A DNA stretch of 62,686 nucleotides, the filler included, from Globobulimina sp. (Eukaryota), in the NCBI GenBank assembly GCA_003354225.1. It is 40 parts of 40 records of this genome, joined end to end, with 100 filler letters (N's around TTAATTAATTAA, not from the genome) between each part and the next. Parts side by side here need not be neighbours in the genome. Positions count along the whole stretch, not along the records: positions 61,219 to 62,686 come from PIVH01016197.1; 39 more parts are not named here. One strand, 5' to 3'. Under the pieces are notes generated by a model. That model was not told where the DNA came from. It was given only the letters and a program-made list of their open reading frames with translations, and did no database searches. Both the position numbers and the translations under genes were made by a program. Shown piece after piece: positions 61,425 to 62,686 of this stretch (the stretch's first letter is position 1; every line of letters starts with the position of its first letter).

Positions 61425-62562
61425 ATGGGTGTTTGTTGTAGCGGCCACGACCCAAATTCAAAATATATCGAACGAAAAATGAAAGAGAATGAAGCTTATG
61501 AAAATTCATTGCATAAGTTATTATTTTTAGGTATGCACATTGTTTCGGGTTTAAACATTACATACACATTTATACCATACAGGCCCTGGAGGCTCCGGCA
61601 AATCCACTATTTTCAAACAACTCCAATGGTTACACGGCGACGGGTTCAGTGAGAGTGACATCATGGACTTAAAGCAACACATAAATGGCCAAATCATCTC
61701 GCAAATGCAAGAGGCGATCAAATATTATTTATCGAGCCCTCCGCCACCGGAACAGGCAGAGCCAGAGAAACTCTCCGATGCCATAAACAAAGTGCAGCAA
61801 TACGGCGTGATCAGTCCCTTACAAATCCCCGCCGACATCTCAGAGTCCATCGTGTTTATATGGCAAAATGATATGCGTTTAAAAGGCATATATTCGCATC
61901 ATCATTCACGCCAAATTTTGGACGAAACCACCGAATTTTTTTGGAATAACATCGCAGAGATCTCGCGCGATGATTATGTGCCGGATCGAAAAGACATTAT
62001 AAATATTCGCAACCGCACCACCGGTATCATTGAGAAGAAATTTAAATACAAAAAGATTGGTTTCCACATCTTCGACGTCGGCGGTCAGAAATCTGAGCGC
62101 AAGAAATGGATCAAATGCTTCGACAACGTGTCGGCCATCGTTTTTGTGATCTCGTTGTCGTGTTATAATCAGGTTATGTTTGAGGACGAGAGCAAGAATT
62201 ATATGCTCGACGCGCTGCAATTGTTCGATAAGACTGTCAATGACAACCATTTTCAAAAAACATCCATTATTTTATTCTTGAATAAGACCGATTTATACAT
62301 GAAGAAGATTAAGGATTTAGCCATTACGGTGTGCCCCGCCTTTGACGATTTCGACCCGACGCAGAATCCGCATGACTTTGAGCAAACGACGCGATTTATT
62401 CAGCAGAAGTTCGAGGAGAGGATGGATAATTCGACCCGCACAGTCTACACTCACTTGACCTGCGCCATGGATGACAAAAATATCCAAAATGTCTTCGATG
62501 ACATTGTGCAGATTATCATTAATCAAATCAAAAACGCAATGACCATGCAAAATATATTATAA
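61425..62562 (+). CDS. Heterotrimeric G-protein alpha subunit, 2 exons
   Basis: MGVCCS; LLFLG|PGGSGKST (intron 61531-61582); RNRTTGI; DVGGQKSERKKW; NKTD; TCAMD. Confidence 0.96.
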
Positions 62563-62686
62563 TCTAGTAATTTCTAATAATTTTAAAGTTGTACTCTCCA
62601 CTTGGATATTGACTTTTTTTTTGTTGTTTCTGTTTGTTTTTTAATTGTTTTTTTGTTGCAAACGGTACGATATCGATGTCTTTTTT

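Overview
This window is not one locus. It is a pseudo-scaffold of 40 unrelated contigs of about 1.47 kb, sorted by length (1471 to 1468 bp) and joined by 39 artificial 100-bp linkers (44 N + TTAATTAATTAA + 44 N), so adjacency across linkers means nothing and most genes are partial. The DNA is AT-rich eukaryotic nuclear sequence in the standard code, with short (mostly 50-80 nt) GT-AG introns. The gene-family mix suggests a foraminiferan/rhizarian protist, and a fold-back inversion suggests a whole-genome-amplified assembly (both inferences). Recognisable genes include actin, PCNA, G-alpha, a divergent Rho/Rac, a 14-3-3-like protein, importin-alpha-like, HDAC, P450, tyrosinase, aquaporin, Amt, SLC52, a kinase, PPR, TTC14-like, DOMON-cytb561, F-box/MATH/SPRY/PB1 proteins and two ADP-ribosyltransferase-like genes. 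Mobile elements are a Penelope-like GIY-YIG element, a LINE RT relic and a long-TIR DNA-transposon deletion derivative. The best candidate for an undescribed system is 58081-59549: a Polinton/Maverick-type (A32/FtsK-like) packaging ATPase fused to two C2H2 zinc fingers, split by two spliceosomal introns (one inside Walker A), and preceded by an AT-rich tract and seven phased 30-32 bp repeats with a palindromic core. Second is a PhyH-family Fe/2OG enzyme with the HxG halogenase-type motif. All family calls come from motif recognition by eye; no database searches were run.
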